The notes below the pieces were generated by a model, which saw nothing but the letters and a program-made list of their open reading frames with translations, did not search any database and had not been told where the DNA came from. The translations under genes and the position numbers were made by a program. A stretch of 64,000 bases of DNA from a virus (Duplodnaviria; Caudoviricetes). This document shows positions 8,752-17,869 of this stretch, one piece after another (position 1 is the first letter of the stretch; each line of letters begins with the position of its first letter). The stretch spans positions 32,001-96,000 of the IMG/VR virus record IMGVR_UViG_3300020151_001495, one strand, 5' to 3'.

Positions 8752-11717
8752 TATAGTCTACGTTGTAAGTAACTTGTTGAACTATCAAGATTTGCATATG
8801 AAGTGTACATAGTATAATCAACAGCTGGCAATGGTGATAAAAGATTTACACTATTTGCTACTGTATTAGGTGGAGCTATAATATATGTATCTGACATAAA
8901 GGCAGTAGAAGTTATATTTTGTGCTTGAATCATATCCATACTGCTTCTTTCTAGTTGAGTCCCATTTAGTTTTGGCTTTCCAGTAAGACCTCTATACAAT
9001 TTATTTAAATCTTTTGCAATCTGAGAAAATGAAACTTCTGGTGGTGTCTCCTCTTCTGGAGTTGTTGAAGGAACATCACCGCCAGTAACTGATGGTTGTT
9101 GTCCTGGAGTAGGTGGCTGAGTTCCTGTGGAAGTTATTCCTCCTTTTCTTAGCAATGAAAATAATCCATTCTGTAATGGATCAACTTTTCCATTCAAAGT
9201 TTCTTCTAATCCTTTTACTGCAGTATGTTGCTCTAAATGTAAATGAGGTCCTCCAGAACGACCAGATCCAGGAGCACCTTTTGCTCCACCAGACATTGCA
9301 ATAACTGTATTTTCATTGAACTTACCTCCAGGCTTTACCCAAGATGGAATAGAACTTAAGTGTGCAAGTCTGGCAATTTTTCTATCAACTAATTTAATAT
9401 CAATATAAGATCCATATCCACCATTAGCTTCTCGTTCAGTACTAGAAGTTTTGGAAACTTTTGTAAATTCTCCCTTTGATGCAAATGATAATGGAGTTCC
9501 TACAGGAAACCCAATATCAATACCTTCATGTTTATGTTTTCTAAATGATTCTTTATTTGCAAAGTGACTTGTAATATCTCCTCTAGAAACTGCCCCTCCA
9601 ACTTGATATCTATCTCTAAAGAAGTTTCCTCCATCTGGTCTTCTTCTATCATTTCTGGTAACTCTATATCCCATGAAATATTGAGAACCTCCAACAAATT
9701 TCTTTGCAGATTGTGATAAAGGTCCATTCTTGTCAAAGTCAGCTAATACTTGTGCTGCAACTTTAGGATTGCCAGCCTGAAATCTATTTGTTAATTGTTG
9801 AATTCCATCAGATTTTCCTGCCAAATCAAATAATTCTTTTTTAGTTAGCCCTAATCCTCCATATTTTTTTGCTGCCGCACCATCAGCACTACCACCATAT
9901 ATTGCAGCAGAATAAGGAGAAAATTGTTCTTTTGCAGTAATGACTGCAGGAATTCCTCCGCTCTGTCCAGCAGCTCTATTTAAAATAACTTGATATACAT
10001 CTGCAACATGCTGTGGTGCAGATGCTTCAAGTGTAGCAAGGTGTGCAGCAGCTCTTTTATCTGCAGATGAAGCTTTAATTGCATCTAACTCAGCAGCAGT
10101 TAAAGCTTCATTTGAGCCTCCAGGACCACCTGAACCACCACCTCCACCCCCAGGAGTAGAAGTATCTAAATTCAGTATATTATTAAATATATCTGCTAAT
10201 AATTCTCTTACACTATTTCCAGTATTATATCTAGTTTTTTTGGTAGAAGATTTAGATGAAATTAAAGTTAGTGGTTTATTACTTCCTACAATTTTTTCTA
10301 ATTGTTTATCACTAGGTTGTTTAGTTTTCTTATCAATTGAACTAGAATCTATAGATGTATTTCCTAGATTTGAAGCAAATGTAAATCTAGAAACTCCAAA
10401 TTCTTTTGTAAATGGTGCAAATAATTGTTGAGCAAATGGACGAATTATATTTCCAATAGTTCCCATGGAGAATAGAACTGCATTTACTCCTCCAATTATG
10501 GAAGACCCAAGCATTCCAAGTGGACCAGACAGTATTGCACCTGAATATAATTGACCTAAAGGTATTACTGCTTCGGGACCAGCTTCACCAATAATAGCTT
10601 TGGTTGGCTGAGTTACAATACCTCCTACTGCTAACTGTGGAACATCATCAGACTTCTTAGAAAATAGTCCCTTTACCCAGCCATATAATTTATCGGCTGC
10701 CCAATCTCCAAGCAATCCGCCCAGGGCACCACCAACTATAGTTCCTGGTCCTGGGAAAGCAGATCCTACCAATCCACCCAGTCCCATTCCAAGTGCAGAA
10801 CCTGCAGCTTTTACAATAGCTTTATCTATTGGATCGCCAAGAATTAAATTAATTCCAAGATCAAGTAATGGTCCTACAATTGGTATTCCTTTTACTGTAG
10901 TTTTGGCAACTGCTTTGATTGGACCGAGAACAATATTTCTAACTGCTTTGAATGCAGGACCAAGCAATTTAGAAAGTATTCTAACTCCTCCCTTTCCAAA
11001 TACTTTTAATAGTCCTCTTCCTAATCCTCTAGCTAATCCATGCTTAAAAATTTGAGCAGTCTTTGGCAGTGTTTGTAGGAGTGCCTCTGAACCTTCTTTT
11101 AATCCAGCTTTTCTAAAAGTGTTGAATACTTCTAATATCTTACCACCATTTTTTATAACAAAAGATAAATCTTTAAATATTTTTCCAGGGTTTAATAGAT
11201 ATCTAAATCCAAGTAAACCTACTAATAATCTAAAAAATCCTAAGAATCTTTCTAATAAATTTTCTCCAAATATAACACTATGCAATCCACTAAAAGTATT
11301 ATCTATAGTTCCAGTTACAAACCAACTAACAAAATCAAAAATTCCTTTTAATGCTTTTACTATAGATAAAACTTTTTTTGAATTCTCTGGTTTACTTATC
11401 CATTCAACTGCTTTATATGTAATAAAAAATTGTAAAAATCCAAATAAAGCTGATCCTAATCCAACTCCTTGTTTGTATAAAAATTTACCAGCGGATTTCT
11501 TGGCAGATACTTTAGAAGATTCTTGTCCAGATTCTTTTTCTGCAAATTGAGATTTTTCTGCAGATCGTTTCTCTAGTGCATATAAACGTTTTTCTAACTT
11601 ATATCTAGTTTTCTTTTCTTCATATAATTTTTTACTCAATACATTGATAGCCTTCAGTTCCTTTAGTCTGGAAGGAACAATAAATGTAGATGGTTTAATA
11701 GGAGAAGAAATTGCCAT
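8751..11717 (-). CDS. Tape-measure/baseplate-hub-like protein with SleB-like cell wall hydrolase and M23 peptidase domains
   Basis: Gly-rich hydrophobic repeats; GEAGPEAVIPL; E..VYQVILNR..QFSPY (Hydrolase_2-like); HEGIDIG..AHLS..GPHLHLE (M23). Confidence 0.75.
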   Translation of the reverse strand: MAISSPIKPSTFIVPSRLKELKAINVLSKKLYEEKKTRYKLEKRLYALEKRSAEKSQFAEKESGQESSKVSAKKSAGKFLYKQGVGLGSALFGFLQFFITYKAVEWISKPENSKKVLSIVKALKGIFDFVSWFVTGTIDNTFSGLHSVIFGENLLERFLGFFRLLVGLLGFRYLLNPGKIFKDLSFVIKNGGKILEVFNTFRKAGLKEGSEALLQTLPKTAQIFKHGLARGLGRGLLKVFGKGGVRILSKLLGPAFKAVRNIVLGPIKAVAKTTVKGIPIVGPLLDLGINLILGDPIDKAIVKAAGSALGMGLGGLVGSAFPGPGTIVGGALGGLLGDWAADKLYGWVKGLFSKKSDDVPQLAVGGIVTQPTKAIIGEAGPEAVIPLGQLYSGAILSGPLGMLGSSIIGGVNAVLFSMGTIGNIIRPFAQQLFAPFTKEFGVSRFTFASNLGNTSIDSSSIDKKTKQPSDKQLEKIVGSNKPLTLISSKSSTKKTRYNTGNSVRELLADIFNNILNLDTSTPGGGGGGSGGPGGSNEALTAAELDAIKASSADKRAAAHLATLEASAPQHVADVYQVILNRAAGQSGGIPAVITAKEQFSPYSAAIYGGSADGAAAKKYGGLGLTKKELFDLAGKSDGIQQLTNRFQAGNPKVAAQVLADFDKNGPLSQSAKKFVGGSQYFMGYRVTRNDRRRPDGGNFFRDRYQVGGAVSRGDITSHFANKESFRKHKHEGIDIGFPVGTPLSFASKGEFTKVSKTSSTEREANGGYGSYIDIKLVDRKIARLAHLSSIPSWVKPGGKFNENTVIAMSGGAKGAPGSGRSGGPHLHLEQHTAVKGLEETLNGKVDPLQNGLFSLLRKGGITSTGTQPPTPGQQPSVTGGDVPSTTPEEETPPEVSFSQIAKDLNKLYRGLTGKPKLNGTQLERSSMDMIQAQNITSTAFMSDTYIIAPPNTVANSVNLLSPLPAVDYTMYTSYANLDSSTSYLQRRL

Positions 11718-11718
11718 C

Positions 11719-14700
11719 TTATACAGTTACTGGAAAAAGTGTTAGTGGAACAGGGGCAACAGTATTACCAAGTGTAGGAGCTAATGATTGAGTTGTAGAT
11801 TGATTAACTACGTTAGTTCCTTGACCAAGAGAAACTATATTGCCTCCAGGGGTTGACATAGAAGCTCTCTGAGTTGCCCTATAATTATTTGAATCAGTTT
11901 GTGCTTGTTGTAATCTAGAAGATGATGCTGGAACTGATGGTCTAGTGGCAGCTGGAGGAGGTAGTGGTGTAGCAGATGGTACTGCTTGAGTAGGAGTTCC
12001 TGTTAATCCTTTATACAATTTATTTAAATCTTTTGCAATCTGAGAAAATGAAACTGGTGGTGGTGCTGATTCTCCTGATGGTGTAGTTCCATCATCTCCT
12101 GAAGTTGAACCATCATATGGAATTTGCTTTCCTCCTGGGGTTAGTGCAAAAATATTTTGAGAAGCAGATCCATACACTGCTGCAACACCATCATGTCCAC
12201 CACGTTGCCAATGACCACTCCATAATTTCCTTCCTCCCTGTTTAGCAATTGCAGCATCATGTCCACTAGATTGATTCTTTTTCCAATCTGAAAATTCTGT
12301 AGTAAATATAATGGATCCGCTTGGAATTTTATTCGATTTTACTGCAGTCGCCCATTCAGAAACTGTCATCGCATTTACAGCTGCATTTCCATATGCACTT
12401 TGAAGATTAATTCGTTTACTTCCCAATCCAGAAATAGGTCCCCACCCATAACTCTTCATTAATTGAACTGCAAGCCCTCTAGGATTATTAGGATCATTTC
12501 CAGTTCCTGGTGGATTAGGAACATCATTTGCAGCCATTGTATCAAGAACTCCAGTGACACAATAACCTGGATCTGCATTAGCTAATTTTGTTCCATCCTT
12601 TAATTTATCTAAAACAGATCCACCAGTTTGGAATCTTGGAAACATTCCAAAATTTATTCTATCCAATATTCCAGAGCCACCCATTCCACGAACTGCATTT
12701 CTGTTTAAAACATATTCTTGTGGTTCTAATAGTGCAGGTACTTTATCTCCACCCCCAAATCCTCTAATCTTTCCTCCACGATTAAATTTTGCAGGTCTTC
12801 CATAAACTCCTTCAGTAGGAGCTTCCCAAACATCTGAACCCGATAATCCTTTAGGTCCTTTATTAGCTCTAGATTTTAATATTTTACCCATCTGATAATT
12901 ATACATTCCTTCGGCAGTTTGATCTCCACCAAACAATCCTTGTAGAATTTTAACTTCTCCTGTGCTAGGAATTCTTACTAATGGACCTCCTAAAGTTTTA
13001 GAATCAAATAATCTAGTAGATGTAATATCAGTTAAAGGATCTCCAGGCTTTTCCCATCGGAATACATTTCCTGTAGCATCATACCAATATTTTCTATTTC
13101 CATTAATTACAGGCTTTAATCCACCGCCAGGAGAATATTCTTTTCCTGATCTACCCATATCTCTAACAGTTCCTTTGACTCCCTTCAGGGTTCCGTCTTC
13201 TCGCAATCCGCCCGCTTTTTTTATGGATTCTTTTGCACTGTCTGCTACGGTCGCTGCCCCTGCGCCAGGAGGAGGACTTCCACCTGCAGGAGCGGCAGGG
13301 GTTTCGGGAGAAGATGGCCCAGGAGATGGGGGGGTTGTTGGAGTAGTTGACTCTGAGTTCTTACTAGATAATACTCCTAAAATATTTGCAAGTAAACCTC
13401 TTACTGAAGTATCTCTAGATGGTGTAAATTTATTTCCTTGTTGTTTTGTAACTTTGGGATCCTTGTCTCCAAATAATTTAGATATATTTCCAGCTCCTTC
13501 AGATAATGCTTTTGCAGGATTCTTTACAAACTTAGAAACTCCTTTTACTATAGAAGTTGGTATTCCAAATGTAGATGCAATGCTACCAATTAATGGCATC
13601 ATCAATGGTCCAATACCAGGAATCATTGATAATGAAGATGTCATCAATGCTATAATTCCAGCACCAACTAAGGTGAATGGAATTGTCAATAGCTTCATAA
13701 ATTTTGGAATAATTTTTCCAATATCAGATTCAATACCTTTTCCTGCAAATGATGAAAGTTTATCTAATGGAAGTATTGCTTCAGGTCCAGCCTCTCCAAC
13801 AATAGCTTTAGTTGGCTTTGTTACAATGCCCCCCTTTGCTAATTTTGGAAGTTTTTCATTTTCTTTATCTTTCTCTTTTGCTATATCTCTGGCAACTAGT
13901 GCGGCATCAATTCCAATAGAAGCTGCGGTTCCCCATCCAGGTAATAATGAAGCTGCACCAGATGCAACTTCCATCCCTGCTCCGAGCCAATCTCCTTTGG
14001 ATGCTCTATCTACAGCAAAAACTCCACCAGCAACTGCACCAATAACTGGAAGTTTTTTCAGTAAAGATTTCCCTGCTCCTTTAGCTGCTCCTTTAGCTGC
14101 TGCTTGACCAGCACCCTTTGCAGCCGCACCAGCACCCTTTGCAGCCGCACCAGCACCCTTGGCAGCCGCATCAGCTCCCTTTGCAGCCGCACCAGCACCC
14201 TTTGTTGCTGCGCCAGCTCCTTCTTTTGCTGCCTGCTTACCTGCTTCAGTAGCTCCTTTTATACCTTCATTGATTGCAGTGTCTGCCGCCTGAGTAGCTA
14301 CACTTGGTATTAAATTAGTAAAGAAATTTAATATCCCATTTATAGTATTTGGAATTACCTTAGTAAATATATTTCCAATAAATTTAATATCGGAAATTAT
14401 TTTAGTAGGATTTAATAACCATTTAAGGGTAAAAAATCCAACAATCATTTCAAGAGCACCAAAGACTCTTGTTATTCCACCACCATCTACTAAGTGACTC
14501 AAGCCACTCATCAATTTGTCTATACCAAATCCTACAACATTACTAATAAATCCAAATATACCTAAAAATAATTTGGCAAAGTCTTTAACTTTTTTAGTAT
14601 TTTCTGGCTTACTTACCCATTCAACAATTTTATATCCAATAAACCATTTAAATAAATTACCAAAAAAATCAAAAAGTCCTCCCAGACCTTTCATTGCACC

Positions 14701-15015
14701 TTTGACAATAGGATTTTCTTTTTCTTTTTTATCCTTGTTGCCTTTGGTTTCTTGAGATGTTTCTTTCTTTTTTAATTTTGATTTTTCTTCAGTCCTAGCA
14801 AACCTAAGAATTTTATCCCCAAGAAGATCAGTATATTTTTTTTCAATTGCAAGTAGTGAATTTAAATTCTTCTTAATTGAAGACAACTCTGCTACTTCAA
14901 CAGCAGAAAATGCTCCTGGAGAACTCATTCCAGGAGAAGTAAATGCTGATTGATTAATTTTCTGACCAAGTAATGACTGGCCAAATGATCTCATTGTCGG
15001 TTTAGGTTGTGCCAT
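11719..15015 (-). CDS. Tape-measure/baseplate-hub-like protein with C-terminal Cys/His amidase-like domain
   Basis: Paralogue of the adjacent gene (EWVSKPENTKKV, GGIVTKPTKAIVGEAGPEA). GYCVTGV...SGSIIF...GHDAAI suggests an NlpC/P60- or CHAP-like domain. Confidence 0.7.
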   Translation of the reverse strand: MAQPKPTMRSFGQSLLGQKINQSAFTSPGMSSPGAFSAVEVAELSSIKKNLNSLLAIEKKYTDLLGDKILRFARTEEKSKLKKKETSQETKGNKDKKEKENPIVKGAMKGLGGLFDFFGNLFKWFIGYKIVEWVSKPENTKKVKDFAKLFLGIFGFISNVVGFGIDKLMSGLSHLVDGGGITRVFGALEMIVGFFTLKWLLNPTKIISDIKFIGNIFTKVIPNTINGILNFFTNLIPSVATQAADTAINEGIKGATEAGKQAAKEGAGAATKGAGAAAKGADAAAKGAGAAAKGAGAAAKGAGQAAAKGAAKGAGKSLLKKLPVIGAVAGGVFAVDRASKGDWLGAGMEVASGAASLLPGWGTAASIGIDAALVARDIAKEKDKENEKLPKLAKGGIVTKPTKAIVGEAGPEAILPLDKLSSFAGKGIESDIGKIIPKFMKLLTIPFTLVGAGIIALMTSSLSMIPGIGPLMMPLIGSIASTFGIPTSIVKGVSKFVKNPAKALSEGAGNISKLFGDKDPKVTKQQGNKFTPSRDTSVRGLLANILGVLSSKNSESTTPTTPPSPGPSSPETPAAPAGGSPPPGAGAATVADSAKESIKKAGGLREDGTLKGVKGTVRDMGRSGKEYSPGGGLKPVINGNRKYWYDATGNVFRWEKPGDPLTDITSTRLFDSKTLGGPLVRIPSTGEVKILQGLFGGDQTAEGMYNYQMGKILKSRANKGPKGLSGSDVWEAPTEGVYGRPAKFNRGGKIRGFGGGDKVPALLEPQEYVLNRNAVRGMGGSGILDRINFGMFPRFQTGGSVLDKLKDGTKLANADPGYCVTGVLDTMAANDVPNPPGTGNDPNNPRGLAVQLMKSYGWGPISGLGSKRINLQSAYGNAAVNAMTVSEWATAVKSNKIPSGSIIFTTEFSDWKKNQSSGHDAAIAKQGGRKLWSGHWQRGGHDGVAAVYGSASQNIFALTPGGKQIPYDGSTSGDDGTTPSGESAPPPVSFSQIAKDLNKLYKGLTGTPTQAVPSATPLPPPAATRPSVPASSSRLQQAQTDSNNYRATQRASMSTPGGNIVSLGQGTNVVNQSTTQSLAPTLGNTVAPVPLTLFPVTV
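14073..14220 (-). repeat. Coding tandem repeat (AAKGAGA)n, about 21-nt units
   Basis: Repeated gcaccagcaccctttgcagcc units on the + strand. Confidence 0.85.
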
Positions 15016-15018
15016 TTA

Positions 15019-15207
15019 TTATAATGACTGCGTTGTTTTATTTTTATTATTTTCTTCCTCAACATAATCAATTAACATTTGCACATAAACCTCTCTTTCC
15101 CACGGAATCATCATTTCTAACTCACTTAAATTCCACTTATGATGTTGTATCAATATGAAATTTATTCGATAGAAGTTTTCAAGGGTTTCGTGAGCTAGAG
15201 CTAGGCG
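15019..15207 (-). CDS. gp51: Baseplate hub assembly chaperone gp51-like reading frame (no start codon ahead of the conserved N-terminus; probable -1 frameshift product with gp26)
   Basis: Translates RLALAHETLENFYRINFILIQHHKWNLSELEMMIPWEREVYVQMLIDYVEEEN; the HH..LSELE.M.PWERE motif is typical of cyanophage gp51. Confidence 0.85.
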   Translation of the reverse strand, partial: RLALAHETLENFYRINFILIQHHKWNLSELEMMIPWEREVYVQMLIDYVEEENNKNKTTQSL

Positions 15208-15911
15208 AAAAAACTTGCTAGACCTTCAATAACAACATCACTAGTAACATTTGTATTTGGATTTGTTACCGTTATTGTATGAGACAATTTAGGCATAGAC
15301 TCAAAGAACTGTTGTAGTTTGAGAAACTGTGATGTATCCATACTGTCCATAAAATCAGAAATTTCTTTTTTAGAGAAACTCTTAACTTCATATACTTCTT
15401 CATTATCAATAACTTGATCTATACAGGAAGAAGCAATATCAAAAACATCTTCTGCATTTGCATTAGAAGAAAGATTTGTTTTCACAAAAGTTTCCATGCT
15501 AGGATATTTCATTACAATAGATACAGTATCATTCAGTTGAATTATTCTATTGTGAGAATCAGATTTCTGAACTTTAATGTCCTCAACATTAATTTTAACA
15601 GGAACTGTTGTTTCATCATCATCTGGACAAGTAAGGTTCAGTTCGATTTCTTCTCCAACAGACTTAGCACGAATATTTAAAAACAAATATTCAATATCAA
15701 AGGTAGCTAAATCATCAATTTTTATCTTAGACAAAATGCAATTTTTTAAAATTGTTTTAACTGCATTTGTCATCTGTTTTTCATCTTCAGATTCCATAGC
15801 TAATAGAAGAATTTTTTCTTCCTTTACTAGAAATGGTCTGTATTTAATTGTTTCTTCAGTTGATGGAAGTGCCAACTCATATGTTGGGGCAACTAATTTT
15901 GGTAAAGGCAT
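15201..15911 (-). CDS. gp26: Baseplate hub subunit/chaperone gp26
   Basis: MPLPKL..PTYEL, YRPFLVKEEKILL, DIEYLFLNIRAKSVGE, C-terminal EGLASFF. Confidence 0.92.
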   Translation of the reverse strand: MPLPKLVAPTYELALPSTEETIKYRPFLVKEEKILLLAMESEDEKQMTNAVKTILKNCILSKIKIDDLATFDIEYLFLNIRAKSVGEEIELNLTCPDDDETTVPVKINVEDIKVQKSDSHNRIIQLNDTVSIVMKYPSMETFVKTNLSSNANAEDVFDIASSCIDQVIDNEEVYEVKSFSKKEISDFMDSMDTSQFLKLQQFFESMPKLSHTITVTNPNTNVTSDVVIEGLASFFA

Positions 15912-15954
15912 AGTATAAAACTATAACATAATTTGAAATTATTTAGGCACAAAG

Positions 15955-16773
15955 TTAAACAATTGTTTGAATTTGTCCTCTAACACTTCCGTTGTTGTGT
16001 GCGCTTGTTATAGCAGTTTCGTATTCAAATGTAACCTGTACTTTAACTAAATCCGATGCCCCACTTGATAATGGAATTGATGAAATGTTTGTAGGAAATG
16101 CATTCATCAAACGAACAGAATATAGTGGAACTGCTTCCGCAAATCCACTTGGAGTTTCTATTTGAGATTCTGGTTTAGGATAATCTGGAATAATTTCATT
16201 AGCTGGAATGAATTTTTTTCTTGACATATTAGTAACATCAAACATTCCAGTTTTTTCATATTTAACTATTATGATATCACTTACATACTCATCTCTATAT
16301 CTAGTTCTTCCTAAAAATTGTTTAGTGTTTATATTTAAACTTCCTACAGTTGGATCTATTCTAGCAGGAATATTATGTGCATATATGTAACTCTGCCATG
16401 CGTCAAAAGTTTTTCTAATATCTGCGTTAGCATCTCCAATAAAAGAAAAATTTATTTCATTATTTACAATGCCATATGCATATTTTAACTGAGGAGTATT
16501 GGTTATTCTATACTCACCTGTGGAAATTTGGAATCCTGGAATTGAACACTCTTCTGCATAGAATCTCATCAGATCCCTTATATTTGATGAGTCGGCAGTA
16601 TTTAATTTAGTTCCGCCAGGAATTCGTTTAAAAATATTATTTAAGTTCCGTTGAGAATTAGTTAACTCAAAATTAACATCATAAAAATTAGTAATACTAT
16701 ATCCAAACTTAGAAACATAACTTTTAAATTGCTTAAAAGTTCCTATCTTAGTATCAAAAGCTGGTGTACTCAT
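15955..16773 (-). CDS. Tail tube-like protein (gp19/gp54 family)
   Basis: SIPGFQI, F..WQ.YI, LMNAFPTNISSIPLS..VQVTFEYE tube-fold motifs. Confidence 0.7.
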   Translation of the reverse strand: MSTPAFDTKIGTFKQFKSYVSKFGYSITNFYDVNFELTNSQRNLNNIFKRIPGGTKLNTADSSNIRDLMRFYAEECSIPGFQISTGEYRITNTPQLKYAYGIVNNEINFSFIGDANADIRKTFDAWQSYIYAHNIPARIDPTVGSLNINTKQFLGRTRYRDEYVSDIIIVKYEKTGMFDVTNMSRKKFIPANEIIPDYPKPESQIETPSGFAEAVPLYSVRLMNAFPTNISSIPLSSGASDLVKVQVTFEYETAITSAHNNGSVRGQIQTIV

Positions 16774-17396
16774 TGATTACTGTCTCCCCAAACAAAAGAT
16801 TTACTTACTCGTTGATACAATCCTCTTCTTCTTGTAACAAAACTCTCATTTGGTATGAAGATTGCTGTTTTCCAGTCATCTGTATTTATTTCGAATAATG
16901 GTGTGTCAAGACCTTCATAAACATAATTATGAAAGCACTGTTTAGGAATAGTGGGTGTTCCATTTAAAATACTTTCTATTACTTGAACTCGTTTTAAATA
17001 CGGAAGATAATGTAAATTAGCTCCAAAGAATTTACGTCCTCCCTGAAGCATGTATACTAAAGGAAACTCATCATAGTATTTTAACTTTTTTGCCCATGTA
17101 GCATTATATTCGAAGAAATATAATTTTCCTCCAGAAGGCATTAATGTATCACTACAAGTAGAAAGAGTTTTATAAATGTCACTTGTTTTAGATACCATTC
17201 TTACAGTATCTCTATACCAGCTGTAACTTCTTTCCCTTCCTCTAGCTAATTGGTTGACTTCTTTAAATATATTTCCTTTTATATTTGTTAAAGAAGGTGC
17301 TGTATATGATTCAAACCCAAGTCCAGATGTTATATTATCTCCTCCTCTTATATTAGAAGGAGATCTGGGAACCATATTTCTAAAAGAAGATGTCAT
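16770..17396 (-). CDS. gp2: DNA end protector protein gp2
   Basis: GKLYFFEY, KYYDEFPLV, GANLHYLP, WKTAIFIP. Confidence 0.85.
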   Translation of the reverse strand: MTSSFRNMVPRSPSNIRGGDNITSGLGFESYTAPSLTNIKGNIFKEVNQLARGRERSYSWYRDTVRMVSKTSDIYKTLSTCSDTLMPSGGKLYFFEYNATWAKKLKYYDEFPLVYMLQGGRKFFGANLHYLPYLKRVQVIESILNGTPTIPKQCFHNYVYEGLDTPLFEINTDDWKTAIFIPNESFVTRRRGLYQRVSKSFVWGDSNQ

Positions 17397-17830
17397 ACGT
17401 TTAGATTATCCTCGGTTAATACCATGAATTGCCAATCTCTATCTAAACAAAAATTTTTAGCAGCTGACCACTTAGCTTGATTTTTCACATATTCAGTAAC
17501 TTCATATACATAACTTTTTGTCTTTCTCTTGGGAATTTTTGGTTCCACTGTCTGCTTCTTTGGTTTAATCTCTATCAGATACTTCTTAATAGTATTGTTA
17601 GAATCTTTAACCTTCACATAAAAGTCAACAAAATATCTATGCACTCTATTATCAAGTGGAGATCTATAAGGTATAACAATTTCTTCACTTCCCCACTCTA
17701 AAATATTAGATCTTTCATCACAATATTTCATGAATTTAAGTTCCCAAGATGATCTATAAATTATATTTTTATAATCACCTTTGTACTTATGAATATTCTT
17801 AGGGAAGAATCTTCCTTTTAAAGTACTCAT
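17393..17830 (-). CDS. gp4: Head completion nuclease gp4
   Basis: YRSSWELKFMKYCD, WGSEEIVIPY, RYFVDF, LIEIKP, NQAKW. Confidence 0.95.
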   Translation of the reverse strand: MSTLKGRFFPKNIHKYKGDYKNIIYRSSWELKFMKYCDERSNILEWGSEEIVIPYRSPLDNRVHRYFVDFYVKVKDSNNTIKKYLIEIKPKKQTVEPKIPKRKTKSYVYEVTEYVKNQAKWSAAKNFCLDRDWQFMVLTEDNLNV

Positions 17831-17869
17831 AAATAGTTTATAAATGTCAAACTATACCTACTATTTATG
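17828..17869. promoter_or_regulatory. Opposed late promoters (CATAAATA on both strands) for gp48 and gp4
   Basis: CATAAATAG at 17828-17836 (+) and its reverse complement at 17861-17869 (-). Confidence 0.7.

Noticed and set aside
12962-14107. 381-aa plus-strand ORF, and similar ORFs at 11119-11550, 6552-7030 and 32705-33241
   Set aside because: Antisense shadows of well-supported minus-strand genes; low-complexity translations with no motifs.
14073-14220. CRISPR-like array
   Set aside because: In-frame coding repeats without spacers; no repeat-spacer array was seen anywhere in the window.
15013-15021. Stop-codon readthrough from gp51 into the in-frame tape-measure-like gene
   Set aside because: Tandem TAA TAA stops make readthrough unlikely.
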